Assembly (NCBI RefSeq): GCF_004010195.1
Contig: NC_057754.1
Span: forward strand, 4,787,397-4,822,588
DNA: 35,192 nucleotides
DNA from: Chiloscyllium plagiosum
Taxonomy: Eukaryota
Direction: 5' to 3'
Below the pieces are notes generated by a model, which worked only from the letters and a program-made list of their open reading frames with translations, was not told the DNA's origin and made no database searches. Below, one piece after another: positions 10,161-20,124 of this stretch (positions are counted from its first letter, which is position 1; each line of letters starts with the position of its first letter). The translations under genes and the position numbers were made by a program.

Positions 10161-10827
10161 AGAGTCCCTAAAGTATGGGAACGGGCCATTTAGCCAAACA
10201 AGTTCACACTGACCTGCCTAAGAGCATCCCATCCAGACCCTTCCCCTTACCCTATATATTCCATGGCTGTTACACCTAATCTATGCATCCCTAGACACTA
10301 TGAGGCAATTTAGCAAGGCCAGCCCACCTAACTTTGGACTCCACCCTATCTTTGGACTGTGGGAAGAAATGGGGTGGCACGGTGGATCAGTGATTAGCAC
10401 TGCTGCCTCACAGCGCTGGGGATCCGGGTTCGATTCCACCCTTGGGTGACTGTCTGCGTGGAGTTTGCACATTCTCCCCGTGTCTGTGTGAGTTTCCTCC
10501 CACAATCCAAAGATGTGCAGGTTAAGTGAATTGGTCATGCTAAATTGCCCATAGTGTTCAGGGATGTGTAGGTTAGATGCATTAGTCATGGGTAAATGTA
10601 CAGCAATTGGGTCTGGGTGAGTTGCTCTTCGGAGGGTTGGTGTGGACCTGTTGGGCCAAGGGGCCTCCTTACACACTGTAGAGATTCTATATAAACCAGA
10701 GCACCCAGAGGAAACTCACACAGACATAGTGAGAACATGCAAACTCCGGGAAGACAGTTGTCCAAAGATGGAATTGAACCTGGGTCTCTGGTGCTGTGAG
10801 GTAACAGTGCTAACACTGAGCCACCGT
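10161..10827 (-). mobile_element. tRNA-derived HE1/V-SINE-type SINE (outer copy, split by a nested copy)
   Basis: Minus-strand head acggtggctcagtgttagcactg (A box) and ggttcaattcc (B box) at ~10770-10827, central ggagtttgcatgttctc domain, and tail at 10161-10369. attctatt-like sequence on both flanks. Confidence 0.85.
10371..10690 (+). mobile_element. tRNA-derived HE1/V-SINE-type SINE (inner copy)
   Basis: ggcacggtggatcagtgattagcactgctgcctcacag (A box), ggttcgattcc at 10427-10437 (B box), V-domain gtggagtttgcacattctccccgtgtctg, and LINE-like tail ending ctgtagagattctat. Confidence 0.9.
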
Positions 10828-11469
10828 ATTCTATTATGTTATATTCTGTTTCTGAGAGACAAATCAGCTTCTGTTTGTTTGATTTCTGTATGCGTTTAGT
10901 ATTTGTAAATAAAAGTGAAATTTTTGAGGTGACTGAAGGCTTACCTGTGTGTTGGCCTCACTTTGGACAGTGATAAGATGCTGGGCTGCCGTGGACATTG
11001 GCGAAACAGTACAACGACTTCGATTGTAAGAGAGGATTGGCTATTTTGTGAATTGCAGGTCTCAAAGATGAAGTTCTGCCTCACCAGAAGCTGGCAATTC
11101 TAGGTCATGCAGATGTCTCTGTTATGAGGTAACATGCTGGAAATTAGGCCCTGCTATTCCTGGAGTCATTACGAAACTTAAAAGATTTTAAGACGAATGC
11201 AGAATTTCCCCAGCTTAACCTGTCTTTTCTACCCAAGTTGACAGAAAGCATGGATCAAGTTTGTATACTTAACAAAAATTCTATTCACTACAAATAAATA
11301 TTCTGATTACAGTTAAACTATCGTCATATGTCGCAATAGTTAAAACTCTAACCCACTTATAAAACTGTTGAAAGGATAGTCTCTCAGAAGTAAACAGAAG
11401 AGTCAGTCAGATCTTGGGCACTAAGATTAAACCTTCTGTTAGGTGGGGTTTGACAAAATTTAAAAGAAT

Positions 11470-12513
11470 AATTGTTATATAGAATGTCCACAGACAGGAG
11501 ATTCTGCGGCAGTGAGCATGAATCTGGGATAGTATGTTGCTTTTCTGTTGCTCGGATTAAGGACATCTCAAAATGTTTGAAGCATATTTTTAAAGGAGAG
11601 AGTAAGAACTTGGAAATTATTGTACACATTAATAAGGATAACATAGTTAGGGAAAAGATTAAGGGTTTACAGAGTGAATGTATGAGGTTAGGTAGAAGAT
11701 TAAAAAACAAATCCTCAAAAGTAATAATGTCCAGTTTACTCCCAGTGTTAAGCGTGAATGAAGGAAGGAATAAAAGGATAAAGAAGGTAGATCAGTGGCT
11801 GAAGAGATGGTTAATGTTCAGGGATTTGTGTCTTTGGATCATTGGGATACCTTCTGGGGTGAAAAGACCTTTTCAAATAGCATGGGTTTCGCTTAAACTG
11901 GAAAGGGACCAATATCCTAGTGGAAGATTTATTAGTTCTGTTAAGGGAGACTGTAAACTATGAGGGATAGGGGACTTGGGGTTGGGGGCAGCGTTTGGGT
12001 GGAAGTGGCGGTGGATCCTAAGTTGCAGAGCAAACAGAAAGATAGATGAGGATGGTTCTGAATCTGACAAGAACAAGTTAATTAGAAAAGCCAGACAAGA
12101 CCCAAATCAGAGAACGAAGTTACTCTGAAGAATTAAACTGCACTTATTTCAATACAACGGTTCTGACAAGTAGGACTGATGTTATAGGAAGGATAGAAAG
12201 GGGGGCAGAAGAGGAGGGGGAGTGATCCTTTTGATTCAGGAAAACATTACTACTATAATCAGAGAAGAAATTTGTAAAAAAATCGTCCAGTGAAAATATA
12301 TGGATGGAAATTAGAAATAAAAATTGTTACCTTGCTAGGATTGTACTATAGGACCCCCGTTAGCCAGAGAGAAACTGAGGAACAGATATGAAGAGAGATC
12401 GCACATATATGTAAGAATAATAAGGTTGCAATAGTAGGTGATTTTAATTTTCCAGAAATTGACTGGAACTACCATAGCGTTAAAGGTTTGGATGGTGAAG
12501 AATTTGTTGAATG
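11470..12513 (+). mobile_element. CR1 LINE fragment: ORF1 (SGNH esterase-like) plus start of the ORF2 AP-endonuclease
   Basis: STDRRFCG...VCCFSVARIKD...IIVHINKDNI...VIMSSLLPV...GRN...WLKRW matches the CR1 ORF1 esterase. Followed by LNCTYFN, RKDRKGGRRGGGV, GLYYR and VGDFNFPEIDW; degenerate. Confidence 0.88.
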
Positions 12514-13326
12514 TCATGGAGTTATAGAGATGTACAGCATGGAAACAGACCCTTCGGTCCAACCTGTCCACGCCGACCAGATATCCCAACCCAATCTAGT
12601 CCCACCTGCCAGCACCCGGCCCATATCCCTCCAAACCCTTCCTTTTCATATACCCATCCAGGGTATATGAATGTTGCAATTGTACTAGCCTCCATCATTT
12701 CCTCCGGCAGCTCATTCCATACACGTACTACCCTCTGCATGAAGAAGCTGCCCCTTAGGTCTCTTTTATATTTTCCCCTCTCACCCTAACGCTGTGCCGT
12801 CTGGTTCTGGATTCTCCTATCCCTGGGAAAAGTCTTTGTTATTTATCCTATCCATCCCCCTCATGATTTAATAAACCTCTATAATGTCACCCCTCAGCCT
12901 CTGACGCTCCACGGAAAACAGCCCCAGCTTATTCAACCTCTCCCTATAGCTCAAATTCTCCAACCCTGGCAACATCCTTGTAAATCTTTTCTGAACTCTT
13001 TCAAGTTTCACAACATCTTTCCGATAAGAGGTAGACCAGAATTGCACGCAATATTCCAAAAGTGGTCTCAGCAATGTCCTGTACAGGCGCAACATGACCT
13101 CTCAACTCTTGTACTCAATACTCTGACCAATAAAGGAAAGCATACCAAATGCTTTCTTCACTATCCTATCTACCTGTGATTGTACTTTCAAGGAGCTATG
13201 AACCTGCACTCGAAGGTCTCTTTGTTCAGCAACACTCCCCAGGACCTTACCATGAAGTGTATAAGTCTTGCTAAGATTTGCTTTTCCAAAAGTGCAGCAC
13301 CTCACATTTATCTAAATTAAACTCCA
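12514..13326 (-). mobile_element. CR1 LINE 3' portion (end of ORF2 and 3'UTR)
   Basis: EFNLDKCEVLHF, EQRDLRVQVHSSLK, LYRTLLRPLLEYCVQFWS...LERVQKRFTRMLPGL...YRERL and RVVRVWNELP, with a 3'UTR ending ccatgctgtacatctctata. Confidence 0.93.
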
Positions 13327-13787
13327 ACCCTCGCGCCCCCAACGCCATCCAACACCGCACCCCGCAGCCAGACTGTACACCAACAGTAAGACTGCTGCTG
13401 CCTTTGAAGGGTAAGTCTCCAAATAGAACATCTACACACACACACACACACAACTTTTTGACAGGTTCCACCTCTGCCCTGTACAGAACAGTGTTGGAGA
13501 GATTATCTGGGGAAGGGGGATTTAGGCTACACCCCTGTGTAGAACTCCAGGGAAAGTGTGGGGGGAGAGAGAGAGAGAGGGTGGGAGATCAGTCATTTAT
13601 AGACAGTGCCTGGACTGTTCAGGACTGTTCTTGGCAGCATTTCAGTGAGCCGAGTTCGTTTTTAATCATTGTACCTGTAAACAAAAGACGCGATCAGGGT
13701 TGAAACAGCTCTTTGACGTAATGTTTCTATTGGGACCTTGAGATCCTCTTCGGTTAATCCGATATTCGGATAATCGAGGTTTGTCTG
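13327..13787. mobile_element. One-ended Tigger/pogo-like (Tc1/mariner) non-autonomous DNA element
   Basis: Right end reads TA|CAGACAAACCTCGATTATCCGAA on the minus strand (TA at 13788-13789), a Tigger-like terminal inverted repeat (TIR) with subterminal cggataat-like repeats. No matching left TIR seen. (AC)n at 13434-13452. Confidence 0.55.
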
Positions 13788-13789
13788 TA

Positions 13790-14180
13790 CTGAATTAGAA
13801 AATTTTCTTGTACACGCTTTACAAATTCCTCTCCATTTAAACCCTTAACACTATGGCAGACCCAGTCTATGTTTGGAAAGTTAAAATTCCCTATCATAAC
13901 CATCCTATTATTCTTACAGATAACGGATCTCCTTAGAAATTTGTTTCTCATTTTCCCGCTGACTATGATAGGGGTCTATAATCCCAATAAGGTGATCATC
14001 CGTTTCTTATTTCTCAGTTCCACTCAAATAACTTCCTTGAATGTATCTCTGGGAATATCTTCCCAAGTACAGCTGTAATTGGTATCCCTTATCAAAAACA
14101 TCACCCCCCCCCCCCCCCCCCCCCTCTCTCTTGCCTCCCTGCCTGTCCTTCCTGTACCATTTGTATCCTGGAACATTAAG
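13790..14180 (-). mobile_element. CR1 ORF2 endonuclease fragment
   Basis: LNVPGYKWYRKDRQGGKREGG and IGNFNFPNIDWVCHSVKGLNGEEFVKRVQENFLIQY; poly-C at 14104-14124. Confidence 0.88.
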
Positions 14181-14285
14181 CGTGTTCAAGAAAATTTGCT
14201 TTACCAATATATAAATGTTCCTTCTATAGAAGGAGCAAAACTTGACCTTCTCTTGGGCAATGAGGCAGGGCAATGGGATCAGTGA
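14181..14285 (+). mobile_element. Continuation of the plus-strand CR1 endonuclease interrupted at 12513
   Basis: VQENLLYQYINVPSIEGAKLDLLLGNEAGQ directly continues ...GLDGEEFVEC, which ends at 12513. Confidence 0.8.
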
Positions 14286-15118
14286 CAATTTCTTGTCAAA
14301 CATAGATTAAGTGTATTTTGCAGAAGCCTGTTGCCATCCAATTGTTGTTACTAAATGTCTGCTTCGAAAACAAAGTGTTCCAATTGAAACACCTCAACTA
14401 CCCGCCTAGCTCAGTTCGATTTATTCAACAGGAAACAGACCTTGTTTGTAAAGCAAACACTGTCTGTCTTTCTTCACTCTACAGTGGAGGAGCTTAATTA
14501 GTGGTTTTCTAAGGAAGAGCCTCCTTCTTTTTGGGTGAGTTACTTATTTAAGGTCTTAATGTTTGCTGCTTTTAGCATTTGCAATAAATGATCCGGCTTG
14601 TGTAAATTCCAGTTTGTTTTTGTGATATATTCCTCAGAATACATCCACCAATTTTGGAAGGGATTTTATTTCTCAAAGGGAACATTCATTCGTTTGTTGA
14701 CTTTATAAATGATCCACATTCTGCCATAATAACATGACTAAACTTTCTCCTTTGCCACCAGCATAAACTAATCTTTTTATTATGAGTAATCCACACCTAA
14801 GTATTAGTGACTTGATATATCTTGGTGGAGTTGAAGATTACTTTATTATTCAGCTTGCGGTGTTTGCAACCACCTTGAAAGAACGTACATTTGAAAAAGC
14901 AGATGAAGAACAGAATTTCAGTCAAGATAAAGAATGAATTAAACTCTTGTTTTTGCACAGAATCATTATTTGTGCAATCATATGATCACATGCTCTAACA
15001 TATAATTTTGCTGATTAATAATTCATTTCTCTTGCCCATTTAATGCCATTACTTCCCTGCTAAAGTGAATTTCTTGTGGTCAAGTGTTGTTCCACAGTGT
15101 GAGTAGATCTCTGGGTGA

Positions 15119-15350
15119 TGAAATAACTCCACAGAGGTTGGCGTCCCATCACCAAGTCACCCTTTTTTTCACATGAATAGTCTTTGAGTATAATATGTTT
15201 CATACAGAGTCAGGCACTGGAGTGTCAGTGTCCCTGACACTCAGTCTTTTTATGTCAGCTCGGTCTTCCTGGTTGAACCAGATTAAAAACCCCAATCAGG
15301 GAATCCATATTCTGTGAGGTCCAGTTGGCTGACCTTGTTGCAATTATTTG
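15119..15350 (-). mobile_element. Solo LTR, same family as 23012-23470
   Basis: Reverse complement ends gggtgacttggtgatgggacgccaacctctgtggagttatttCA, matching ggtgacttggtgacaggataccggcctctgtgcgtgttttctCA at 23428-23470. Also shares tgattgggg and ctgaca motifs. Confidence 0.65.
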
Positions 15351-15399
15351 GTTTGATGATGTTACTGTTACCATGAGACACGCTAATCCACTGGAGTGA

Positions 15400-15790
15400 A
15401 AGATAGATTTACCTTTATATAGCCTTTCATGACCATAAAGAGGTCTGAAATGCTTTACAACAAATGAAGTATTTCTGAGCAGTAGTCACTCTTATAACAT
15501 AGGAAATGTAGAAATGTGTGAACAAGTTCACATGACCAAGTAGTCTATTCATGTGACATTGAATAAGGAATAAATATTGACTCAGAACACTGGGTCAACT
15601 TTTCTGCTGTCCTTTGAGATAAGGTATGGGATTTTTTAATTTGCCCGAGAGGGAGAATTGTTTTAATGTCACATTGAAAAGAATGCACCTCCCCTTTGCT
15701 CCCTCAGTGCTGTATTGGATTGGGGTAGTCAGCTTGGGTTATGAACTCAACTCTATGAAGCAATACTTGAAGAAACAGCCTTCTTACGAA
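15400..15790 (-). mobile_element. Old DeuSINE-like (SacSINE1/AmnSINE-related) relic
   Basis: Contains ctttacaacaaatgaagtatt...gtagtcact, aataaatattg..cagaacactggg, atgggatttttt and ctccctcagtgctg. Recalled similarity to the Deu-domain consensus; a related copy follows. Confidence 0.5.
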
Positions 15791-15894
15791 TGCTTCCAAT
15801 GGGCCATGCAAATTGAGAATGGGTTTAATGTGACCACGCTGTACAATTGGTACACAGGAAAGGCCCCACGATGAGTAACAGATCAATTAGAGCA

Positions 15895-16142
15895 ACTAGA
15901 TCATCTGTTTTCATTGTGTTGATTTAAGATGAAATGGGAGTTCCCCAGCCTTCAGAATATTTTCAGAAGATCTTTTACATTTATCTGAGATAGATGAGGC
16001 ATAAGTTTGATCTCTCATTGTGCAGCACTCAATTGATAGTGGATTTGGAAATTCTGTTCGTACTCGGTCTCCTGGTATGGGGCATAAACTCCCAACCTTC
16101 TGACTCTGGTGGGAATGCTAAGTGCTGACCCCTGGCTGACAC
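15895..16142 (-). mobile_element. Second DeuSINE-like relic
   Basis: gatcttttacatttatctgaga...gtgcagcactc...caaccttctgactc...ggctgacac; the last part is the reverse complement of the tRNA-like head. Confidence 0.5.
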
Positions 16143-17432
16143 TGCAGACACTGCCATTTCCTGAATTTACATGTGATCGTGTCAGAAACCTGATGTATTT
16201 GAAAACCTGGAAGGTATTGCAAAAGGAAATCCCTAAATAGTACAAACCACAGAGCTCCAGGTGATAAAAATGTAAGTCAGCTAATTCAGTCACTGACCAG
16301 TTTAATGCTACACCACTCAGAAGCTGTTGGCTGGGAGTTGTGGAAGTGGCACAGGTTTGACATTCAATCCCACTACCTCTGTCTTCATGTGAAGTCTCTA
16401 GAGATGCATCTAGTAGTGCCGTTTGTGCAGGATTGGAAGAAAAACCTGAATCTAGCCATCATGTGGCGCTGTGCCACCACTGCACAATTCCACCCTTATA
16501 CACATTGCAGTTCTATGACAAAAAGGGGAAGACTTTGGAGAAGGTTGGGTAATTTACTGTTTTACAAAGATGGATTTTATTGTGCTATAAATTATGATTC
16601 TTGTTGAATACTCAGGTTAAATTCAAAAGTTACAAAGAATGTGCAGCACAGAAACAGGCTCAACCGGTCTGTGCCGGTGCTTATGATCCACACAGAATTC
16701 AGTTGCTGTCACTCAGTTCAGCACCTTGGAATGTGCTTGCCAGTTTCTCTTTACAAAAATGTGGTGTCTGAAGTGTAATGTCTATTGGTGATACTCACAT
16801 GCAGTACTCTTTAAATATACTAAAATTCAAATATAAAATAAAATGAAGAATGCATCTGGGTCTCTGAGGTTACTGGAAAAATAACTTGTAGTTTTAATTT
16901 ATTTCCTTCTTCCACAATCTTAGAATCTGACCATCAACGTTTTTGAAGTGTTCCTTCTGTAACTCGGGTGTTTGCAATATAATGTAACTGATCATTGAGT
17001 CTAGTATTTATTGTCCATCTCTTACTGCTTTTGACGCAGTAATGATAAACTGCCTTCTTGTAGTCTGTTTGATGTAGCTAGATATTTTTTCTTCATTGCC
17101 TGATTCACCAGGTTTGATTCTCTTCTTAATGCTAGGTTTGAGTGGCATAAATGGATTAAGGAATAAAAGCATTTTATTAATGCAGCAGATTACCGAAAGG
17201 GAAACAATTGTAAAAAAAAACTCATACTTGAAAATGGTCCTCCTGGATTTCCGTTTTGAAGTATACAAGACAAGGTGGATTAGCATAAGTCATTTGCTAG
17301 TTTAACTTTTTTTCAAATGTAATATCATACCAGAGTTGAAGAACTGAAGTCAGAAGCTGTTTTTTTAATACTCGTTTTGGTTCCAGGGCAAAGCTACCAG
17401 CTTCTGAAAGTATATGGACAACACCAAAGTAA

Positions 17433-17636
17433 GGTGAAAGTGAGCAGTGAAGATGCTGGAGATTAGAGTCAAGATTAGAGTGTGTTGGAAAAGCACAGCA
17501 GGTCAGGCAGCATCTGAGGAGCAGAAAAATCGATGTTTCGGGCAGGAACCCTTCATCAGGCTCCTGCCCGAAACGTGATTTTCCTGCTCCTCAGATGCTG
17601 CCTGACCTGCTGCGCTTTTCCAGCACACTCTAATCT
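17433..17636 (-). mobile_element. Fold-back PLE-terminus element (family A variant)
   Basis: Tail gaaagtgagcagtgaagatgctggag on the left. Arms agattagagtgtgttggaaaagcacagcagg... / ...cctgctgcgcttttccagcacactctaatct. Minus-strand CUGAUGA-A-GGGU-UCCU-GCCC-GAAA-CA-UC. TSD caacaccaaagtaa (17419-17432) / caataccaaagtaa (17637-17650). Confidence 0.85.
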
Positions 17637-17958
17637 CAATACCAAAGTAACTTCACCAGGTTTGATGCGGTTAGTGGTGGGCAAGGCATGTTTTTCTGAC
17701 CTATTATTTACTCTGGGCATCTAACTTCAGTAAACTTACTTAGGTGCCACCATACACCTTGCTCAATCTTTTCCCTATGAGTTGGTAGGATGGAGCAATA
17801 TAAAAGCAGCCACGTTGATAACAAAATTCTTTTCAGGACCAGAATCAAATGTGTTCTGTATTCAGTTCTATAGAGGCATCATCGAATCAGGCAGTATATT
17901 CTGTTTATCTCACATTTGTTTTGAGAAGAAAAGGAGAGGGGTTCCCTTAATGTAGGGA

Positions 17959-18155
17959 TAAAGTCAGAAGTCACATGACACCAGGTTATAATCCAACAGG
18001 TTTATTTGAAATCATAAGCTTTTGGAACACAATCCCTTCATCATGTGACTTGCATTGTGAAAGCTTGCGATTTCAAATAAACCTGTTGGCATTATAACCT
18101 GGTGCCGTGTGACTTCTGACTTTGTCCACCTCAGATCAACACTGGCACCTCCACA
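17959..18155 (+). mobile_element. Fold-back PLE-terminus element (family B, homologous to the PLE end at 18548-18665)
   Basis: Arms aaagtcagaagtcacatgacaccaggttataatccaacaggtttatttgaaatc / gatttcaaataaacctgttggcattataacctggtgccgtgtgacttctgacttt. TSD ttaatgtaggga (17947-17958) / ttgatgtaggga (18156-18167). Confidence 0.82.
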
Positions 18156-18630
18156 TTGATGTAGGGAGGCAGAGAAAGGGACAGAAAGAAGGGGATAGCG
18201 GTTTGGTGCTTCTGCACTATTTGTTCAGGTATTGTGGTTAGTCAGTTAGAATCCATCAGAGCAATCTTCTGATTGACAATCCACAAGATGACTTGCTGCT
18301 TTCTCTACAGGGGCAGCTAACTAGCAGACATCCAACACTAAGTTAATGGTTTTCTAATTGTTCCACAGACAACATCTGTTGCAGGCATAACATTAATGCA
18401 TAATGTTAATGTTTGCTGAAGTTAATGGAATAGTAGATATCTAATTCTGAAACTCACATTTAGAATATTCTCCACTATTTACACATTTTTTGCTGTTGTT
18501 TCATACAAATTGTAGTTAATTATAATTTTCATTTTATTCTATATTCGGTGATGCCAGTGTTGGACTGGGGTGTACAAAGTTAAAAATCACACAACACCAG
18601 GTTATAGTCCAACAGGTTTAATTGGAAGCA

Positions 18631-18665
18631 CACTAGCTTTCGGAGCGACGCTCCTTCATCAGGTG
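18631..18665 (-). ncRNA. Minimal type I hammerhead ribozyme motif in the PLE terminus
   Basis: CAC-CUGAUGA-A-GGAGC-GUC-GCUCC-GAAA-GC-UA-GUG: stem I CAC/GUG, 5-bp stem II, palindromic AGCU at stem III. Predicted cut between 18634 and 18633. Confidence 0.78.
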
Positions 18666-18882
18666 ATTGTGGAGGGCTTGATCGTAACACAGAATTTATA
18701 GCAAAAATTTGCAGTGTGATGTAACTGAAATTATACATTGAAGAATTGATTGTCTGTTAAGCCTTTCATCTGTTGGAATACAGTGATAGTTTCACTTCTT
18801 TCATGTGTAAATCACAAAACCCTTTTTTTAAAAGTTGCATTCTCGGGTTAGCTGTTAACAATGGTGATAGCGAGACAATATG

Positions 18883-19644
18883 NNNNNNNNNNNNNNNNNN
18901 NNNNNNNNNNNNNNNNNNNNNNNNNNNNNNNNNNNNNNNNNNNNNNNNNNNNNNNNNNNNNNNNNNNNNNNNNNNNNNNNNNNNNNNNNNNNNNNNNNNN
19001 NNNNNNNNNNNNNNNNNNNNNNNNNNNNNNNNNNNNNNNNNNNNNNNNNNNNNNNNNNNNNNNNNNNNNNNNNNNNNNNNNNNNNNNNNNNNNNNNNNNN
19101 NNNNNNNNNNNNNNNNNNNNNNNNNNNNNNNNNNNNNNNNNNNNNNNNNNNNNNNNNNNNNNNNNNNNNNNNNNNNNNNNNNNNNNNNNNNNNNNNNNNN
19201 NNNNNNNNNNNNNNNNNNNNNNNNNNNNNNNNNNNNNNNNNNNNNNNNNNNNNNNNNNNNNNNNNNNNNNNNNNNNNNNNNNNNNNNNNNNNNNNNNNNN
19301 NNNNNNNNNNNNNNNNNNNNNNNNNNNNNNNNNNNNNNNNNNNNNNNNNNNNNNNNNNNNNNNNNNNNNNNNNNNNNNNNNNNNNNNNNNNNNNNNNNNN
19401 NNNNNNNNNNNNNNNNNNNNNNNNNNNNNNNNNNNNNNNNNNNNNNNNNNNNNNNNNNNNNNNNNNNNNNNNNNNNNNNNNNNNNNNNNNNNNNNNNNNN
19501 NNNNNNNNNNNNNNNNNNNNNNNNNNNNNNNNNNNNNNNNNNNNNNNNNNNNNNNNNNNNNNNNNNNNNNNNNNNNNNNNNNNNNNNNNNNNNNNNNNNN
19601 NNNNNNNNNNNNNNNNNNNNNNNNNNNNNNNNNNNNNNNNNNNN
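18883..19644. other. Assembly gap (N run)
   Basis: Run of N next to (TG)n-rich sequence. Confidence 0.99.
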
Positions 19645-19740
19645 CGTCTGTGTGTATCTGTGTCCGTGTGTATGTGAGAGTGTGTGTGTGTAGGAATATC
19701 TCTGTGTGTGTGTGTGTGTGTAGTGCAATAGTGATAATAT

Positions 19741-20124
19741 GTAATGTGACATGAACCCAAGGTCCCGGTTGAGGCCCTCCCTATGGGTACCGAACTTAGC
19801 TATCAGCCTCTGCTCGGCCACTTTCCTCTGCTGCCTGTCCCGAAGTCCACCTTGGAGGATGGTCACCCGAAGGTCCGAGGCTGAATGTCCTGGACCACTG
19901 AAGTGTTCCCCAACTGGGAGGGAACCCTCCTGTCTGTTGATTGTTGTGCGGTGCCCATTCATCCGTTGTCGTAGCCTTTGCTCGGTTTCCCCAATGTACC
20001 ATGCCTCCGGGCATCCCTGGCTGCAAAGTATAAGATAGACAATGTTGGCTGAGTCACATGAGTACCTGCAATGTACACGGTGGGAGGTGTTCCCACGCGT
20101 AATAGTGGTATCTATGTCCACAAT
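19741..20124 (-). pseudogene. PLE GIY-YIG endonuclease domain (truncated ORF end)
   Basis: CDSANIVYLILC..CPEAWYIGETEQRLRQRMNGH...VGEHF...H...AEQRLIAKFGT...GLN matches the PLE GIY-YIG signature. The RT domain is absent because of 5' truncation. Confidence 0.9.

Noticed and set aside
10371..10440. tRNA-like A and B boxes
   Set aside because: Head of a SINE; no cloverleaf acceptor stem, and it continues into the SINE body.
18766..19760. Long ORFs of 265-454 aa in several frames
   Set aside because: Artefacts of the N gap; only the GIY-YIG part (19741-20124) is real coding-derived sequence.
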